The notes: generated by a model not told the origin, from the sequence alone. DNA of 64,000 bases from Sedimentisphaerales bacterium (GCA_040772485.1 JAXGYC010000009.1:448001-512000); one strand, 5' to 3'. Positions 40,287-51,164 are shown, numbered from the stretch's first letter. Numbers and translations: made by a program.

Positions 40287-40801
40287 CAGGACGGTTGAAG
40301 GCGGTGGCCTCCACGACAGGGGTGTTGCTCCTGACGGCGGCCCTGCTGGTCACGCCTGGATGTGGTGACAGCGACCTCGAGAAGGCCCAGAAGGATGCCC
40401 GCGAGGCCAAGGCCACGGTCAAGAAGCTCGAACTGAGTCTGGAGCGAGCGAGGCGGGAAATCTCCGATTTGAAGAGCGAACTGGGCGTGGTGCGCCAGAC
40501 CCGCGACGAGCTTCAGAAACAGGTCGATCAACTGGCTCAGGAGCGAGACAAGGCCGCCACCCTGGCGCAGCAGGCCGAGCAGGTGATCACGCATCTGAGT
40601 ACGCGCGCCGAAGGCCAAGTCAGTGCGACGGCCGTGCTGCGGAAACAGATCGACGACCTCAAAGCGGTGGTCGCCGACCAGCAGGCTCTGATCGAGCAGT
40701 TGCAGAAGGGCGGCCTGCCCGAGGCGGCTGCCCCGGACCAGGCGGAAGCCGCCGATACGACCGACGCCAACGAGCCTGTGGAAGGCGGGCCCGGCGTGTA
40801 A
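40283..40801 (+). CDS. Coiled-coil lipoprotein
   Basis: LLVTPGC lipobox; heptad-rich helix; ATGA overlap with previous stop. Confidence 0.7.
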   Translation: MTGRLKAVASTTGVLLLTAALLVTPGCGDSDLEKAQKDAREAKATVKKLELSLERARREISDLKSELGVVRQTRDELQKQVDQLAQERDKAATLAQQAEQVITHLSTRAEGQVSATAVLRKQIDDLKAVVADQQALIEQLQKGGLPEAAAPDQAEAADTTDANEPVEGGPGV

Positions 40802-41137
40802 CGCCTGTAGGGCGAGTGTCCCCGCTTGCCCGGTCGTGCGTGGTCGCACGACCTTGGCGTGTGTAATCGCATTGCGAATCCCGCCTGGGCCCAACGTGTC
40901 GCCAGAACGCTGTTTGCCGCGAGGTGCAGTCGCACACAGGCCCCACTTATTGCAGGAATCTTGCCGTCTCAGAGTCTGCGCGGAGAGGACAGAGGTCTCC
41001 CTCATGGAGTTTGTCCTTGCACGATCCCGAGGCCTTTGTAGCATGAGGGCTGAGCCGAACAACACCGGTTGATCGCCTGTGACGCCCCGGACAGGCTGCG
41101 TCGCAGCACGAGAGGTCTTGTCATGGAGGGCACGGAC

Positions 41138-42199
41138 ATGTGGGAGATTCTGTTGAGCTGGCAGAGATGGCTCTGGCCCATTGTCGTCGTGCTGCTTGCG
41201 GCCGGGGCCGCTGTGGTCTGTCATTTCATTGTCGTCAGAGTTTTGGGGCACTTCGCTCGACGCAGCAGCTCTCCGATCGATGAAGTGCTGCTCAAACACC
41301 TGCGCCGCCCGGCTCGCTGGATCATGGTGGCGGTGGCCATTCGCCTGGCGATCGATCCGCTCGGATTGCCTGTCGGAGTCGAGAGTTCGGCCAAGACGGT
41401 CTTCGGTCTGGTCCTCATCGTGCTTGTCTCCTGGGTGCTCATCAAGGCGACCTACGTTCTCAACGACGTGTTGGCGCTGCGTTTCAAGCTCGATGTCAAG
41501 GACAACTTGCGGGCCCGGAAGATCCACACGCAGTTGAAAGTCCTCCGTCGCATCATCGTCATCATCATCGTCATCATCGCCTCGGCGTCCATGTTGATGA
41601 CGTTTCCGAAGGTCCGACAGCTCGGCACGGCCATCTTCGCCTCGGCCGGCATCATTGGGATCGTGGTCGGTCTGGCGGCCCAGAAGACGATCGGGACGTT
41701 CATCGCGGGGCTGCAAATCGCCTTCACGCAACCGATCCGTCTGGACGACGTGGTGATCGTCGAAGGCGAGTGGGGCCGGATCGAGGAGATCACGCTGACC
41801 TACGTCGTCGTACGAATCTGGGACCTGCGGCGGCTGATCGTACCGATCACGTATTTCATCGAGAAGCCGTTCCAGAACTGGACGCGCATCTCGGCCGACA
41901 TCCTCGGAACGGTGTTCCTGTACGTCGACCACACCGTCCCGATCGACGCCGTCCGCGCGGAGTTCCAGAGGATTCTGGAAGGCTCCGCGTCGTGGGACCG
42001 CAAGGTCTGCGTGTTGCAGGTGACCAACACCTCTGAACGGACCGTCGAGCTACGTGCCCTGATGAGCGCCGCAGATGCTTCGCTGGCCTGGGACCTCCGA
42101 TGCGAGGTCCGCGAGAAGCTCGTCGACTTCATCCGCAGAGAGTATCCGCACGCGTTGCCCAGACTCCGCGCCGAACTGGAGAAAGGAGAATGCCCGTGA
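41138..42199 (+). CDS. Small-conductance mechanosensitive channel (MscS family)
   Basis: SAGIIGIVVGLAAQ...GLQIAFTQPIRLDDVV..EGEWGRIEEITLTY...FQNWT. Confidence 0.92.
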   Translation: MWEILLSWQRWLWPIVVVLLAAGAAVVCHFIVVRVLGHFARRSSSPIDEVLLKHLRRPARWIMVAVAIRLAIDPLGLPVGVESSAKTVFGLVLIVLVSWVLIKATYVLNDVLALRFKLDVKDNLRARKIHTQLKVLRRIIVIIIVIIASASMLMTFPKVRQLGTAIFASAGIIGIVVGLAAQKTIGTFIAGLQIAFTQPIRLDDVVIVEGEWGRIEEITLTYVVVRIWDLRRLIVPITYFIEKPFQNWTRISADILGTVFLYVDHTVPIDAVRAEFQRILEGSASWDRKVCVLQVTNTSERTVELRALMSAADASLAWDLRCEVREKLVDFIRREYPHALPRLRAELEKGECP

Positions 42200-42420
42200 A
42201 AATCGAGAAGAAGGACAAGATCAAGCTCGTCGCTCTGGTGGTCGTCGCGGTCATGGCGATCATCATCTTCCTGCAAAATACGGAAATGGCCGAAGCGCGG
42301 ATCTTCTTCCTGCGGATCGAGATGTCGCGTGCGCTACTGCTCATACTGACCTTCGCTCTCGGCCTGCTCACCGGCATTCTGGTGGCCGTGAACTTCCTGA
42401 GAAGGAAGACCAAACCATGA
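42196..42420 (+). CDS. Small two-TM membrane protein (LapA/DUF1049-like)
   Basis: IIFLQNTE motif between two TM segments; GTGA overlap; AGGAG RBS. Confidence 0.7.
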   Translation: MKIEKKDKIKLVALVVVAVMAIIIFLQNTEMAEARIFFLRIEMSRALLLILTFALGLLTGILVAVNFLRRKTKP

Positions 42421-42489
42421 CACAGATCCTTGCGTTCGTGCCGAGAGTGTCCGGGTGGACGAGTTGCCATTAGAAGGGACGCGTTGAAT

Positions 42490-43575
42490 ATGGGTGCCAA
42501 GCCGAAGTCGAGGCGCAAAGCGGTTGCGAGACGCTCGAAGAAGGCCGGGTTGCCGCCGGGAACCCTCGTCTACACGGGGGAACAGCAGGTCGAGTCGGTT
42601 CGGATCACCATCATCGATTATGATGAGCAGCACGTGCAGGAAAGGCAGGTGGCCTCGACCGAGGAGTGTCTTCCTTTCCGCGCCACGCCCACCGTTACGT
42701 GGATCAACGTCGACGGTCTGCACGACGTCAGTGTGATCGAGAACCTCGGCAAGGCCTTCGACCTCCATCCTTTGCTTCTCGAAGACGTCCTCAGCACGGC
42801 CCAGCGCCCGAAGTTCGAGGACTACGAAAAGCACCTCTTCGTCGTGCTGCGGATGCTCCACTTCGGTGACGATCTCCCGACGATTGAGACCGAGCAGGTC
42901 AGCCTGATCGTGGGACCCAACTTTGTGCTGACGTTTCAGGAGCGGGTCGGTGATGTCTTCGATGTCGTTCGCGACCGCATCCGCAGCGGCAAGGGTCGGG
43001 TCCGCCGATTCGGCGCCGATTATCTTGCCTACTCCCTGTTGGATGCGATCGTCGACAGCTACTTCGCTGTCCTCGAAAAGGTGGGCGAGAAGATCGAAGA
43101 CCTGGAGGAGGAGCTGGTCAGCGACCCGAACCAGACGACGCTTCGCCGGATTCACGGCCTCAAGCGAGAGATGATCAACCTGCGCCGGTCCATCTGGCCG
43201 TTGCGCGAGCTGGTCAACGGCCTGCAACGCAGTGAATCGACCTTGATCACCAAATCGACAAGCGTCTATCTTCGCGACGTCTACGACCATACCATCCACA
43301 TCATCGACACGATCGAAAGCTATCGTGACATGATCTCGGGCATGCTCGACATCTACTTGTCGAGCGTCAGCAATCGGATGAATGCTGTGATGAAGGTGCT
43401 GACCATCATCGCGACGCTGTTCATCCCGTTGACCTTCATCGCCGGGGTCTACGGCATGAACTTTGAGCACATGCCGGAGTTGCGATGGCGATACGGATAT
43501 GCCGTCGTATGGGCGGTGATGATCGTCGTGGCCGCGATCATGCTGGTGTATTTCCGCCGGAAGAGATGGCTCTGA
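42490..43575 (+). CDS. corA: Magnesium/cobalt transporter CorA
   Basis: GLPPGTL, LHPLLLED..QRPK, MKVLT...YGMNFEHMPEL. Confidence 0.95.
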   Translation: MGAKPKSRRKAVARRSKKAGLPPGTLVYTGEQQVESVRITIIDYDEQHVQERQVASTEECLPFRATPTVTWINVDGLHDVSVIENLGKAFDLHPLLLEDVLSTAQRPKFEDYEKHLFVVLRMLHFGDDLPTIETEQVSLIVGPNFVLTFQERVGDVFDVVRDRIRSGKGRVRRFGADYLAYSLLDAIVDSYFAVLEKVGEKIEDLEEELVSDPNQTTLRRIHGLKREMINLRRSIWPLRELVNGLQRSESTLITKSTSVYLRDVYDHTIHIIDTIESYRDMISGMLDIYLSSVSNRMNAVMKVLTIIATLFIPLTFIAGVYGMNFEHMPELRWRYGYAVVWAVMIVVAAIMLVYFRRKRWL

Positions 43576-43742
43576 CGCGGCCGCAGGGTGCGACAGAAAG
43601 GGCTTGCCGAATCCCGCCGGAACGGATATGACAGAGACCGCGGTTGGTCGTCCCAACGAACGATGTCGGCTCGGTGCAGCAGATCGCCGTGGGGAAACGT
43701 TCCCGGATCCCTTGTGAACGAACGTATCGAATCCAGTTTGCC

Positions 43743-44351
43743 ATGATGTCTATAGTCGCCTCGCTGACGGAATCCAACCTCTTCGCCTGGGGGATCTTGC
43801 CTGCGTTGATCTTCCTGGCGAGAATCTGCGACGTGACCCTGGGGACGGTGCGTCTGATCTTCGTCTCCCGGGGTTTCAAGTATCTGGCGCCGGTGGCTGG
43901 TTTCTTCGAGGTGCTGATCTGGATTCTTGCGATCGGCCAGATCATGCAGAACCTCTCGAACTGGATCTGCTACCTGGCCTATGCGGGCGGCTTCGCCACG
44001 GGCAACTACGTGGGCATGCGCGTGGCCGAGAAGCTGTCGCTGGGGATCGTGCTGATCCGCATCATCACGCAGAGGGGGGCCCATGCCTTGGTGGATCGTC
44101 TGCGAAAGAGCGACTACGGCGTGACCAGCCTGGACGGCGAGGGGGCCGCCGGCCCGGTGCAGGTCATTTTCACCATCGTGCCTCGGCGGGAGGTCGGCGC
44201 GGTCGTGGAACTGGTCAAGGCGTACAATCCGAAGGCGTTCTACTCCATCGAGGAGGTGGGCTTCGTGGAAAAAGGCGTCTTTCCCGTCAAGAAGGACTGT
44301 CGCTTCATCGGGCTGGAGCGGTTTCTCAGACCGTTTCGCAAGGGCAAATAG
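43743..44351 (+). CDS. DUF2179/UPF0316-type membrane protein
   Basis: IFLARICDVTLGTVR, GFFEVLIW, AYAGGFATGNYVG; C-terminal PII-like domain. Confidence 0.82.
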   Translation: MMSIVASLTESNLFAWGILPALIFLARICDVTLGTVRLIFVSRGFKYLAPVAGFFEVLIWILAIGQIMQNLSNWICYLAYAGGFATGNYVGMRVAEKLSLGIVLIRIITQRGAHALVDRLRKSDYGVTSLDGEGAAGPVQVIFTIVPRREVGAVVELVKAYNPKAFYSIEEVGFVEKGVFPVKKDCRFIGLERFLRPFRKGK

Positions 44352-44465
44352 CACGACAGGGCTATCCACGAAGGCTGCCGGCGTGTACAATACCGCCCTT
44401 TGTGATCGGGCCGAGGCGTCGGTTCGGCGGAACGAACGGAGTGGACAGGGAAAAAGGTCTCCTGC

Positions 44466-45500
44466 ATGAAAGCGGCTGATAAGACGGGTCCAAAGCTTCA
44501 GAAGCTGACCGAGCTGTTTTCGGGCAAGACCTACCTGCTCATCATCATCCAGGACAACCCCGATCCGGACTGCATTGCTTCGGCGGTGGCCTTGCGCAAA
44601 CTGGCCAACAGCCTGGCCAATCTCCAGTGTTCCATCACGTGCGGCGGGACCGTCGGACGCGGGGAGAACCGGGCCCTCGTCAAATATCTCGGCCTGAATC
44701 TGCGCAACTGCGAGGAGATCGATTACAGCAAATTCGACCTGCTGGCGATGGTGGACACGCAGCCGGGCACGGGAAACAACTCCCTGCCGACGCAATTGCT
44801 GCCCAACATTGTCATCGATCACCATCCGATCCGCCGGCTGACGCGGGCGGTGCCCTTCACGGACATCCGCAGCGGCTACGGCTCCACCTCCACGGTTTTC
44901 GTGGAGTACCTCATCGAAGCGGGGATCACGCCGGAAACGCCCCTGGCTACGGCGCTGCTCTACGGGATTCGCTCCGATACTCAGGACCTCGGCCGCGAGG
45001 CCGCCCGGGCGGATATCGAGGCCATCCAGTTCCTCTACCCGTTCGCCAACAAGCGCATGCTCAGCGTCATCCAGCGGGGGAAGGTCCCGCGGGTGTATTA
45101 CCAGATGCTCGCGAACGCCCTGCGAAACGCTCGCGTCCAGGGGCCGGCCATCATCACCGAACTCGGCGAGATCGACAATCCCGACATGATCGCCGAAGTG
45201 GCCGACCTGCTGCTGCGCGAAGACGAGACGGCTTGGACGATGTGCACGGGCCTGTGGAACGAGAAACTCCTGATCTCCATCCGCACCTCCGAAGAGAGCA
45301 ACGTTGCCGAGAACGTGATGAAGCGCATGGTCTTTCGCAAAGGCACCGGCGGAGGCCATCTGACCTATGCCGGCGGTCAGGTCCCCCTGGCCGGCAAGAC
45401 CAAGGCCGAGCGGCAGAAGATCGAAAAACACGTCGAAGAGAAATTCCTCAAGGCCATCGGCGCCGAGGCCACGGAGAACTCTCGCCTCGTCAAAGCTTGA
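44466..45500 (+). CDS. DHH family phosphoesterase
   Basis: NPDPDCIASA, VD, IDHH, GIRSDT, GGGH. Confidence 0.88.
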   Translation: MKAADKTGPKLQKLTELFSGKTYLLIIIQDNPDPDCIASAVALRKLANSLANLQCSITCGGTVGRGENRALVKYLGLNLRNCEEIDYSKFDLLAMVDTQPGTGNNSLPTQLLPNIVIDHHPIRRLTRAVPFTDIRSGYGSTSTVFVEYLIEAGITPETPLATALLYGIRSDTQDLGREAARADIEAIQFLYPFANKRMLSVIQRGKVPRVYYQMLANALRNARVQGPAIITELGEIDNPDMIAEVADLLLREDETAWTMCTGLWNEKLLISIRTSEESNVAENVMKRMVFRKGTGGGHLTYAGGQVPLAGKTKAERQKIEKHVEEKFLKAIGAEATENSRLVKA

Positions 45501-45702
45501 CTCCGCCTCGGCTGGCGCCTGCGAGTCGCGCTTCCATGCACGACATTCCTGGGCGAGCCCGCGAGCGACAATCGCCTTGCTTTTCGTTCCGTACGTACTA
45601 CGATTGTTGTGGGCCCGTAGGCGGGGGCGCGCTTCGCTTGGGATGAGCGCACCTCCAGGGACGAATCCAGTTTGATTTTGAGCATCGTGGGAGGAAGAGA
45701 CG

Positions 45703-46329
45703 ATGACGCAGGATCGAATCGGCCGCCTGAGCTATGAATTGATCAATTGTGCCGTGATCGTGGCCCATCCGGACGACGAGACCCTCTGGGCCGGCGGAAC
45801 CATGCTGCTGCATCCGGACAGTTGCTGGACGGTTCTATCGCTGTGCCGAGGGGGCGATCCGGATCGGGCCCCCAAGTTTCACAAGGCCATGGAATGCTAC
45901 GGCGCCCGGGGGGTGATGGCGGAACTGAACGACGGGCCGGAGCAGACGCCGCTGCGGACCATTGATGTTGAGGATGCGATTGTCGATATTCTGCCCTCCG
46001 ATCGATACGACTTGATCCTGACGCACGGTCTGTGGGGCGAATATACGTCGCATCGGCGTCACGAGGAGGTGGCCAAGGCGGTGATGGCGCTGCGAGAGGG
46101 TGGACGGCTCACGGCGCAGGAAGTGTGGATGTTTGCGTATGAGGACGGCGCGAAGAAGCACCTGCCCCGCGCGATCGCCGACGCGGACGTCCACATGCGT
46201 CTGCCCCAGGACATCTGGGAGCGGAAGTACGAGATCATCCGCCGCGTATACGGCTTTGACGAGGACAGTTTCGAGGCCCGGACGACGCCGAAGGAAGAGG
46301 CGTTCTGGGTCCTGGGCAAGGGCAAGTAG
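45703..46329 (+). CDS. PIG-L/LmbE family N-deacetylase
   Basis: VAHPDDETL, THG..GEY.SHRRH. Confidence 0.85.
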   Translation: MTQDRIGRLSYELINCAVIVAHPDDETLWAGGTMLLHPDSCWTVLSLCRGGDPDRAPKFHKAMECYGARGVMAELNDGPEQTPLRTIDVEDAIVDILPSDRYDLILTHGLWGEYTSHRRHEEVAKAVMALREGGRLTAQEVWMFAYEDGAKKHLPRAIADADVHMRLPQDIWERKYEIIRRVYGFDEDSFEARTTPKEEAFWVLGKGK

Positions 46330-46353
46330 GGGCGAATGATGATTCGCCCGTAC
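46326..46353 (+). repeat. 28-bp GTAG-type REP supplying the TAG stop of the PIG-L gene
   Basis: gtaggggcgaatgatgattcgcccgtac; TAG 46327-46329. Confidence 0.82.
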
Positions 46354-46379
46354 AGCTTCGACCCGTTCGAGGGAGATCG

Positions 46380-47522
46380 ATGAAGGTTCTGGTTTTGTAC
46401 GACTATCCGCCGTCGCCGGCTGGTTTGGCCACGCAGGGACATCTGTTGCACCGGGGTCTGGCGGAGTTGGGCGTCGACGTCCATTCGGTGCATTTCGAGT
46501 CGGCGCAGGAGAAGGAATGGTATTACCGCTGGTTCGAGCCCGACGTGGTTGTCGGTGTCGGATACTGGGGGCACACCACGCATCTGGTCCTCCACCCGCA
46601 GCGTTACGGCGCGCAGCCGGTGCCCTGGCTGGTGGCCGATGGCTACATGGCCAATTACCATGAGGTGCTCGAGGCCCTGCCCCTGATTCTGGTCACCAGC
46701 AAGTGGGTCAAGCAGGTCTACATGCGTGACGGACTCAGCGGCAGGAACATCGAGGTTCTCCCCGTCGGCTGCGACACCGACGCGTTCATACCGCGCGACC
46801 CTGCCGATCCCAAAGTGGCGACCGTCCGGGAGGCACTTGGTGTGGCCCCGGACCAGATCATGATCCTGACCGTCGGTGGCGACGCGACCAGCAAGGGCGC
46901 CCAGGAGGTGATGCAGGCGCTGGCGACGATCGACACGAAGGCGCCCGACTGGAAGTACGTCTGCAAGGTCTGGCCGCAGCCGCGGACAGAGCACCAGAAT
47001 CTCATCGATCTTCAATTGGCTACGCAATTGGGCATCGAGAAGAACGTGGTCTACACGACGAACGTGATCTCGCGGAACTTCATGCCGTACTTGATCGCGG
47101 CCTGTGACATCTACGCGGCGCCGTCGCGACTCGAAGGATTCGGCATGATCCAGGTCGAAGCCAACGCCTGCGGCAAGCCGGTCATCGGCATCAAAGGGAT
47201 GGGCCTGCTCGACACCATGATCCACGGCGAGACCGCCTACCTGGCCGGCATCGCCCAGGAGGTCCGGCTGCGCGAGACCATCGTCGGCGACGAATCCGGA
47301 TACGAAGCGGGACATCGCGTGGTGTTCAAGGCGCCTCGCACCGTGGACTATCGCGCCAGCGTTCACGACATCGCCGGCTATCTTCTGGAGCTGATGCAGA
47401 ACGCCGAACGGAGAAAGAAGATGGGCCAGGCCGGACGCGAACGGGCCGTGGAGCACTTCGATTACCGCGTCGTCGCCAAAAGGTTCGTGGAGATCATTCA
47501 GAAGAGGCTCGGAATCAGTTGA
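46380..47522 (+). CDS. Glycosyltransferase family 4
   Basis: KG, DIYAAPSRLEGFGMIQVEANACGKPVIG, MGQAGRERA. Confidence 0.92.
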   Translation: MKVLVLYDYPPSPAGLATQGHLLHRGLAELGVDVHSVHFESAQEKEWYYRWFEPDVVVGVGYWGHTTHLVLHPQRYGAQPVPWLVADGYMANYHEVLEALPLILVTSKWVKQVYMRDGLSGRNIEVLPVGCDTDAFIPRDPADPKVATVREALGVAPDQIMILTVGGDATSKGAQEVMQALATIDTKAPDWKYVCKVWPQPRTEHQNLIDLQLATQLGIEKNVVYTTNVISRNFMPYLIAACDIYAAPSRLEGFGMIQVEANACGKPVIGIKGMGLLDTMIHGETAYLAGIAQEVRLRETIVGDESGYEAGHRVVFKAPRTVDYRASVHDIAGYLLELMQNAERRKKMGQAGRERAVEHFDYRVVAKRFVEIIQKRLGIS

Positions 47523-47523
47523 C

Positions 47524-48711
47524 ATGACATCGTCGGACGCCAAGCTCATCGAGCGCGCCAAGGCGGCTGCTGTCGAGGTCCTTCTGCACAACCTGCACGG
47601 TTCGTACCGGGGGCTGCCTCGCACGGCCGGATGGGGATATCCGGAGCCTTACACACGTGATTTGATGATCGCCACGCTCGGTGTTCTGGTCGCCGGCAAC
47701 GACGAGCTTGTCAAGGTGTGGCGCCGCACCTTCGAAGTCCTTGCGTCCAACCAGAGTCCCCTGGGGCACATTCCATCGCTGGTGCACGATCGCGAAGACC
47801 GCGGCGCCAGTGACACCACGCCGCTGTTCCTGCTGGCCGTTGCGCTGTTTCGCCTCCACACGGGCGAGCCGGATTTCCTGAAGGAAGCCGTCGACAAGGC
47901 GCTGACCTGGATGGCCTATCGCAGTCCTTCGGATCGCGTCCTGGTCGCGCAGCTTCCGACCAGCGACTGGCGCGACGAACAGTGGGTCCTGGGCTACGGT
48001 CTGTACGTCAACACGGTGCTCTATGCCGCGCTGCGCCTTCTGGGCAGTCACGATCGGGCCGATGTGCTGCACGAGATGATGGAGCATTTCACCGTCAAGG
48101 GGGAGCGGCAGCAGCGCCATGTCCACGAAGGGCTCGTGGTGCCCTGCAAGCCGTACTACGCCCTGTGGTCGTACAAGGTCTATCGCAGCGAGCGTTTCGA
48201 TCTACTGGGCAACAGCCTGGCGATTCTCTCGGGGATCGCCTCGCCCACGCGGGCTGGTCATCTGGTGACGTGGATCGAGGGCGAATGTGCGGCGTTGCGG
48301 CGGAACGGGCTTCTGGCGGTCGGTCTGCCCCCGAATTTCTTCCCCTACATCCGGCCGGAAGACCCCGATTGGATGCCGCGATACGCCAAGTACAACCAGC
48401 CGGGTGAGTACCACAACGGCGGGGTCTGGCCGTTCATCTGCGGTTTCTACATCGCCTCGCTCGTAGCCGCCGGGCGATATCGACTGGCCGAACGAACGCT
48501 GCTGGCCCTGACCGAACTGATTCGCGGCCGGCGCGCCGCCGAAGTCGAGTTCGGTTTCAACGAATGGCACCGGGCCCAGGACGGCACGCCCCGCGGCGAA
48601 GACTGGCAAACCTGGTCGGCGGCCATGTATCTCTACGCCGCCCACTGCGTGCAGACGCAGACAACGCCGTTCTTCGACCGCTGTCGTCAGGCGCGGCCGA
48701 GTGGACGATAG
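47524..48711 (+). CDS. (alpha/alpha)6 glycoside hydrolase, GH100 invertase-like/amylo-alpha-1,6-glucosidase-like
   Basis: YTRD, DTT, SDWRDE, FDLLGNSLAI, YHNGGVWP, FNEW, QTWSAAMY. Confidence 0.78.
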   Translation: MTSSDAKLIERAKAAAVEVLLHNLHGSYRGLPRTAGWGYPEPYTRDLMIATLGVLVAGNDELVKVWRRTFEVLASNQSPLGHIPSLVHDREDRGASDTTPLFLLAVALFRLHTGEPDFLKEAVDKALTWMAYRSPSDRVLVAQLPTSDWRDEQWVLGYGLYVNTVLYAALRLLGSHDRADVLHEMMEHFTVKGERQQRHVHEGLVVPCKPYYALWSYKVYRSERFDLLGNSLAILSGIASPTRAGHLVTWIEGECAALRRNGLLAVGLPPNFFPYIRPEDPDWMPRYAKYNQPGEYHNGGVWPFICGFYIASLVAAGRYRLAERTLLALTELIRGRRAAEVEFGFNEWHRAQDGTPRGEDWQTWSAAMYLYAAHCVQTQTTPFFDRCRQARPSGR

Positions 48712-48712
48712 C

Positions 48713-50866
48713 TCATCTTCTGCTCTGCATCCCAAGCACGTCGAAGAGGAAGGTGTAGATGTCGGCCTGTTCTTCGATGGCCTTGGAGACGGGCTTTCCG
48801 CCTCCATGTCCGGCCTTGGTCTCGACCCGCAGCAGGATAGGATTGTCGCCGACCGCCTTCTCCTGAAGCGTTGCGGCGAACTTCTTGGCGTGCAGCGGCA
48901 CGACTCGGTCGTCCGTATCGGCCGACGTAATCAGGATCGGAGGATATCCGACGCCCGCCTTGACGTTGTGCAGGGGAGAGTAGGCGTAGAGATAGTCAAA
49001 CTCCTGCTTGCTGGCTTCGGCATTGCCATACTCGGGGACCCAGTAGCGGCCCACCGTGAACTTGTGGTAGCGCAGCATGTCGATCACCGGGACCTGGCAG
49101 ACGACCGCCCCATGAAGGTGGGGCCGCTGGAGCATACAGGCGGCCACGAGCAGGCCGCCATTGCTGCCGCCGCGAATCGCCAGCTTCGCGGGGTGGGTGT
49201 AGTTGTTTTCGATGAGCCATTCGGCCGCCGCGATGAAGTCGTCGAAGACGTTCTGTTTGTTTTCGAGCATGCCCGCCTGGTGCCACGATTCGCCGTACTC
49301 GCTGCCGCCTCGCATATTGGCCTGGACGTAGACGCCTCCGGCTTCGAGCCAGGCGAGCGTCGACGTCGAGAACCCCGGCATGATGTTGATATTGAAGCCG
49401 CCGTATCCGTACAGCAGCGTCGGATGGCTCCCGTCCAATGTCAGACCTTTGCGGTGCGTGATGAACATGGGAATGCGGGTCCCGTCCTTGGAAGTGCAGA
49501 AGACCTGTCTGGTCTCATACGCCGCCAGATCGAAGTCGATCTCGGGCTGGTGGATCACGCGCAGCTCGTTTGAACGCAGGTCGTAGCCCAAACTCGTGCT
49601 CGGATACAGAAACGAGGTGAAGCTGAAGAACATCTCCGGATCGTCCTGCCGGCCCGAGAGACCGCCGATGGTCCCGAGGCCGGGCAAGTCGATGTCACGA
49701 ATGTACTGACCGTCGAGGTGGAAGACCTTGAGCCGGTGATGCACATCGTGCATGCAGACGAGCACGAGTTGGTTGTCGACCCAGGCGGCGTAGTCGATCA
49801 CGCCGTCGCTCTCTGGTATCACTGTGCTCCAGTGAGTTCGCTCGGGCCGGTCGGTGTCAATGGCTATGATGCGTCCCTTCGGAGCATCTGAGTTGGTCAG
49901 GAAGTAGAAGATGGGCCCCTGATTGCCGAGGAAATCGTATCGTGCGTCGGCCTCATCGAGCAGCCGGACGAACGGACCGTCGCCTTTGAGCGGCCGGTAG
50001 TACACGCGATTCCTCGGATCGGTCCCATGATGAAGGTAGAGCACGAGATACCGGCCGTCTTCGGTGACGACCGGGGCGAGGCTCAGCTCTTTGTTGTCGG
50101 GTCGTTCGTAGATCAGGACATCGGCCGACTGCGGCGTCCCGAGCCGATGCCAGTATAGGCGGTTGTAGTTCATGCGGTCTTCCTCCGAGACCGTGTTCGG
50201 ATCGGGAAACCGGCTGTAGAAGAACCCGCTGCCGTCGTGGTGCCAGGCGATGGTTGTGAAGCGGCACCATTGCAGGACCTCATCGAGATCCATCCCCCAG
50301 TTGACCTCCCGAATCCGCACCTCCTGCTCGTCACTGCCGCTGTGTGAAAGCCCATACGCCAGCTTCGTGCCGTCCCAGCTCAGCGCCGCCGTGGTCACCG
50401 CCACGGTGCCGTCGGCGCTGAGCACGTTCGGATTGACCACGACTTTGGCTTCCCCATCCAGCGCGTCCTGAACGTACAGGACCGATTGGTTTTGAAGTCC
50501 GTCGTTCTTCCAGAAGAAGTACCGTCCGCCTTGTTTCGACGGGGACGAATAGCGCGGATAGTTCGTCAGAGATTCCAGCCGGGCTTTGATCCTCTCTCGT
50601 GCGCCGGTGCGAGCAAGAAACCGCTCGGTGAGGTCGTTCTGCCGGGCGACCCACGTCTGCGTCTCGTCCGAGTCGGCGTCTTCGAGCCAGCGATAGGGGT
50701 CGGCCACCTCCGTTCCGTGATAGGTGTCGACAACCGCTTCCTTGCGGGCTTGCGGATAGGCCGGCCGGCGCTGTGCCGTGGTTGTGGTCGAAGGGCGATG
50801 ACAGCCTGTGCCCAGGGTGGCGATCAGGGTGAGTATTGCTGACGTCCAGACGGATCGTTTGTTCAT
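48713..50866 (-). CDS. Prolyl oligopeptidase (S9A), lipoprotein
   Basis: DPYRWLED, YGYGGF, GGSNGGLL, DDRV, AGHG; LGTGC lipobox. Confidence 0.95.
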   Translation of the reverse strand: MNKRSVWTSAILTLIATLGTGCHRPSTTTTAQRRPAYPQARKEAVVDTYHGTEVADPYRWLEDADSDETQTWVARQNDLTERFLARTGARERIKARLESLTNYPRYSSPSKQGGRYFFWKNDGLQNQSVLYVQDALDGEAKVVVNPNVLSADGTVAVTTAALSWDGTKLAYGLSHSGSDEQEVRIREVNWGMDLDEVLQWCRFTTIAWHHDGSGFFYSRFPDPNTVSEEDRMNYNRLYWHRLGTPQSADVLIYERPDNKELSLAPVVTEDGRYLVLYLHHGTDPRNRVYYRPLKGDGPFVRLLDEADARYDFLGNQGPIFYFLTNSDAPKGRIIAIDTDRPERTHWSTVIPESDGVIDYAAWVDNQLVLVCMHDVHHRLKVFHLDGQYIRDIDLPGLGTIGGLSGRQDDPEMFFSFTSFLYPSTSLGYDLRSNELRVIHQPEIDFDLAAYETRQVFCTSKDGTRIPMFITHRKGLTLDGSHPTLLYGYGGFNINIMPGFSTSTLAWLEAGGVYVQANMRGGSEYGESWHQAGMLENKQNVFDDFIAAAEWLIENNYTHPAKLAIRGGSNGGLLVAACMLQRPHLHGAVVCQVPVIDMLRYHKFTVGRYWVPEYGNAEASKQEFDYLYAYSPLHNVKAGVGYPPILITSADTDDRVVPLHAKKFAATLQEKAVGDNPILLRVETKAGHGGGKPVSKAIEEQADIYTFLFDVLGMQSRR

Positions 50867-51164
50867 CTGCGGTTCTCCATTCGTGGTCGGTTTTGTGTCC
50901 GGTTGCATTTGCGGGGCCTATTGAACGGGCTGTCCCCGGCTTTGTCAAACAGGAGCAGGGACAAAACAGCCCGTTCGACCGGGTCCCGGCCCCGCCGGAG
51001 TTCCGAGGAAGGCGGATGCGCCTGGCGACCTCAAAATAGACAAGGTGAACAGCGATTCTCGCGGTCAATATAGGAAAAACTGTTGAATTCTCCCGGATCG
51101 GGCAGTACGATGCAGGTGACGTGCCCCGGCTTGATCTGTGCGCCCGACGGCGAGGTGACGACGT

